Assembly: GCF_006345805.1 (NCBI RefSeq)
Contig: NC_043005.1
Location: 28,954,001 to 29,018,000 of the forward strand
Direction of reading: 5' to 3'
From: Octopus sinensis
Taxonomy: Eukaryota
DNA length: 64,000 nt
Both the position numbers and the translations under genes were made by a program. This document shows, piece by piece, positions 63,801-64,000 of the stretch; within the stretch, counting starts at the first letter, position 1; every line of letters begins with the position of its first letter. The notes under the pieces were generated by a model. It was given only the letters and a program-made list of their open reading frames with translations, searched no databases and was not told the DNA's origin.

Positions 63801-64000
63801 TGCAACTTGAAATTCCTCAAAATTATACATACATACAAACATAGAAAGACAGATAATATTGCATATAGCTACGTAGCTTGCACATACAAACTATGGTTCC
63901 AAACAATACAGCAAATCTGCATAAAATTGCAGATATTTCAAAGAAGCAAAATTGAATTTGTGAGTTCAAAGTTGAAATTCTAACCATATCTCGTGGGATT

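Overview
AT-rich, microsatellite- and transposon-dense eukaryotic DNA. The repeat families look like those of an octopod cephalopod; this is recognition from memory, not a database hit. Two convergent protein-coding genes are supported by splice signals and phase-consistent exons. (1) A complete class I eIF4E gene on + has 7 coding exons at 12964-40358, encodes 219 aa and contains a 21-kb intron. (2) The 3' 13 coding exons of HEATR1/UTP10 on - run from 61759 to 43230 (505 aa plus stop, ending GEPLQKYF*); the gene continues beyond the window. The rest is decayed RTE, CR1-like and R4/Dong-like LINE pieces, tRNA-derived SINEs, Tigger and mariner fragments, and piggyBac-, hAT- and Merlin-type MITEs. 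Most ORFs in the supplied track are microsatellite or repeat artefacts. Most interesting observations: (a) a tRNA-headed SINE family carrying a Penelope-type minimal hammerhead-ribozyme-like core, with no fully intact copy here; (b) a ~520-bp, ~97% inverted duplication flanking a frame-symmetric 309-nt three-exon HEATR1 cassette, a candidate for circRNA, exon skipping or ADAR editing; (c) the templated, two-donor origin of that duplication; (d) a near-identical 585-bp tandem dimer in (TAA)n; (e) a LINE C-terminus with three C2H2 fingers. Repeat boundaries are approximate unless TSDs are given, and identities were counted by eye.
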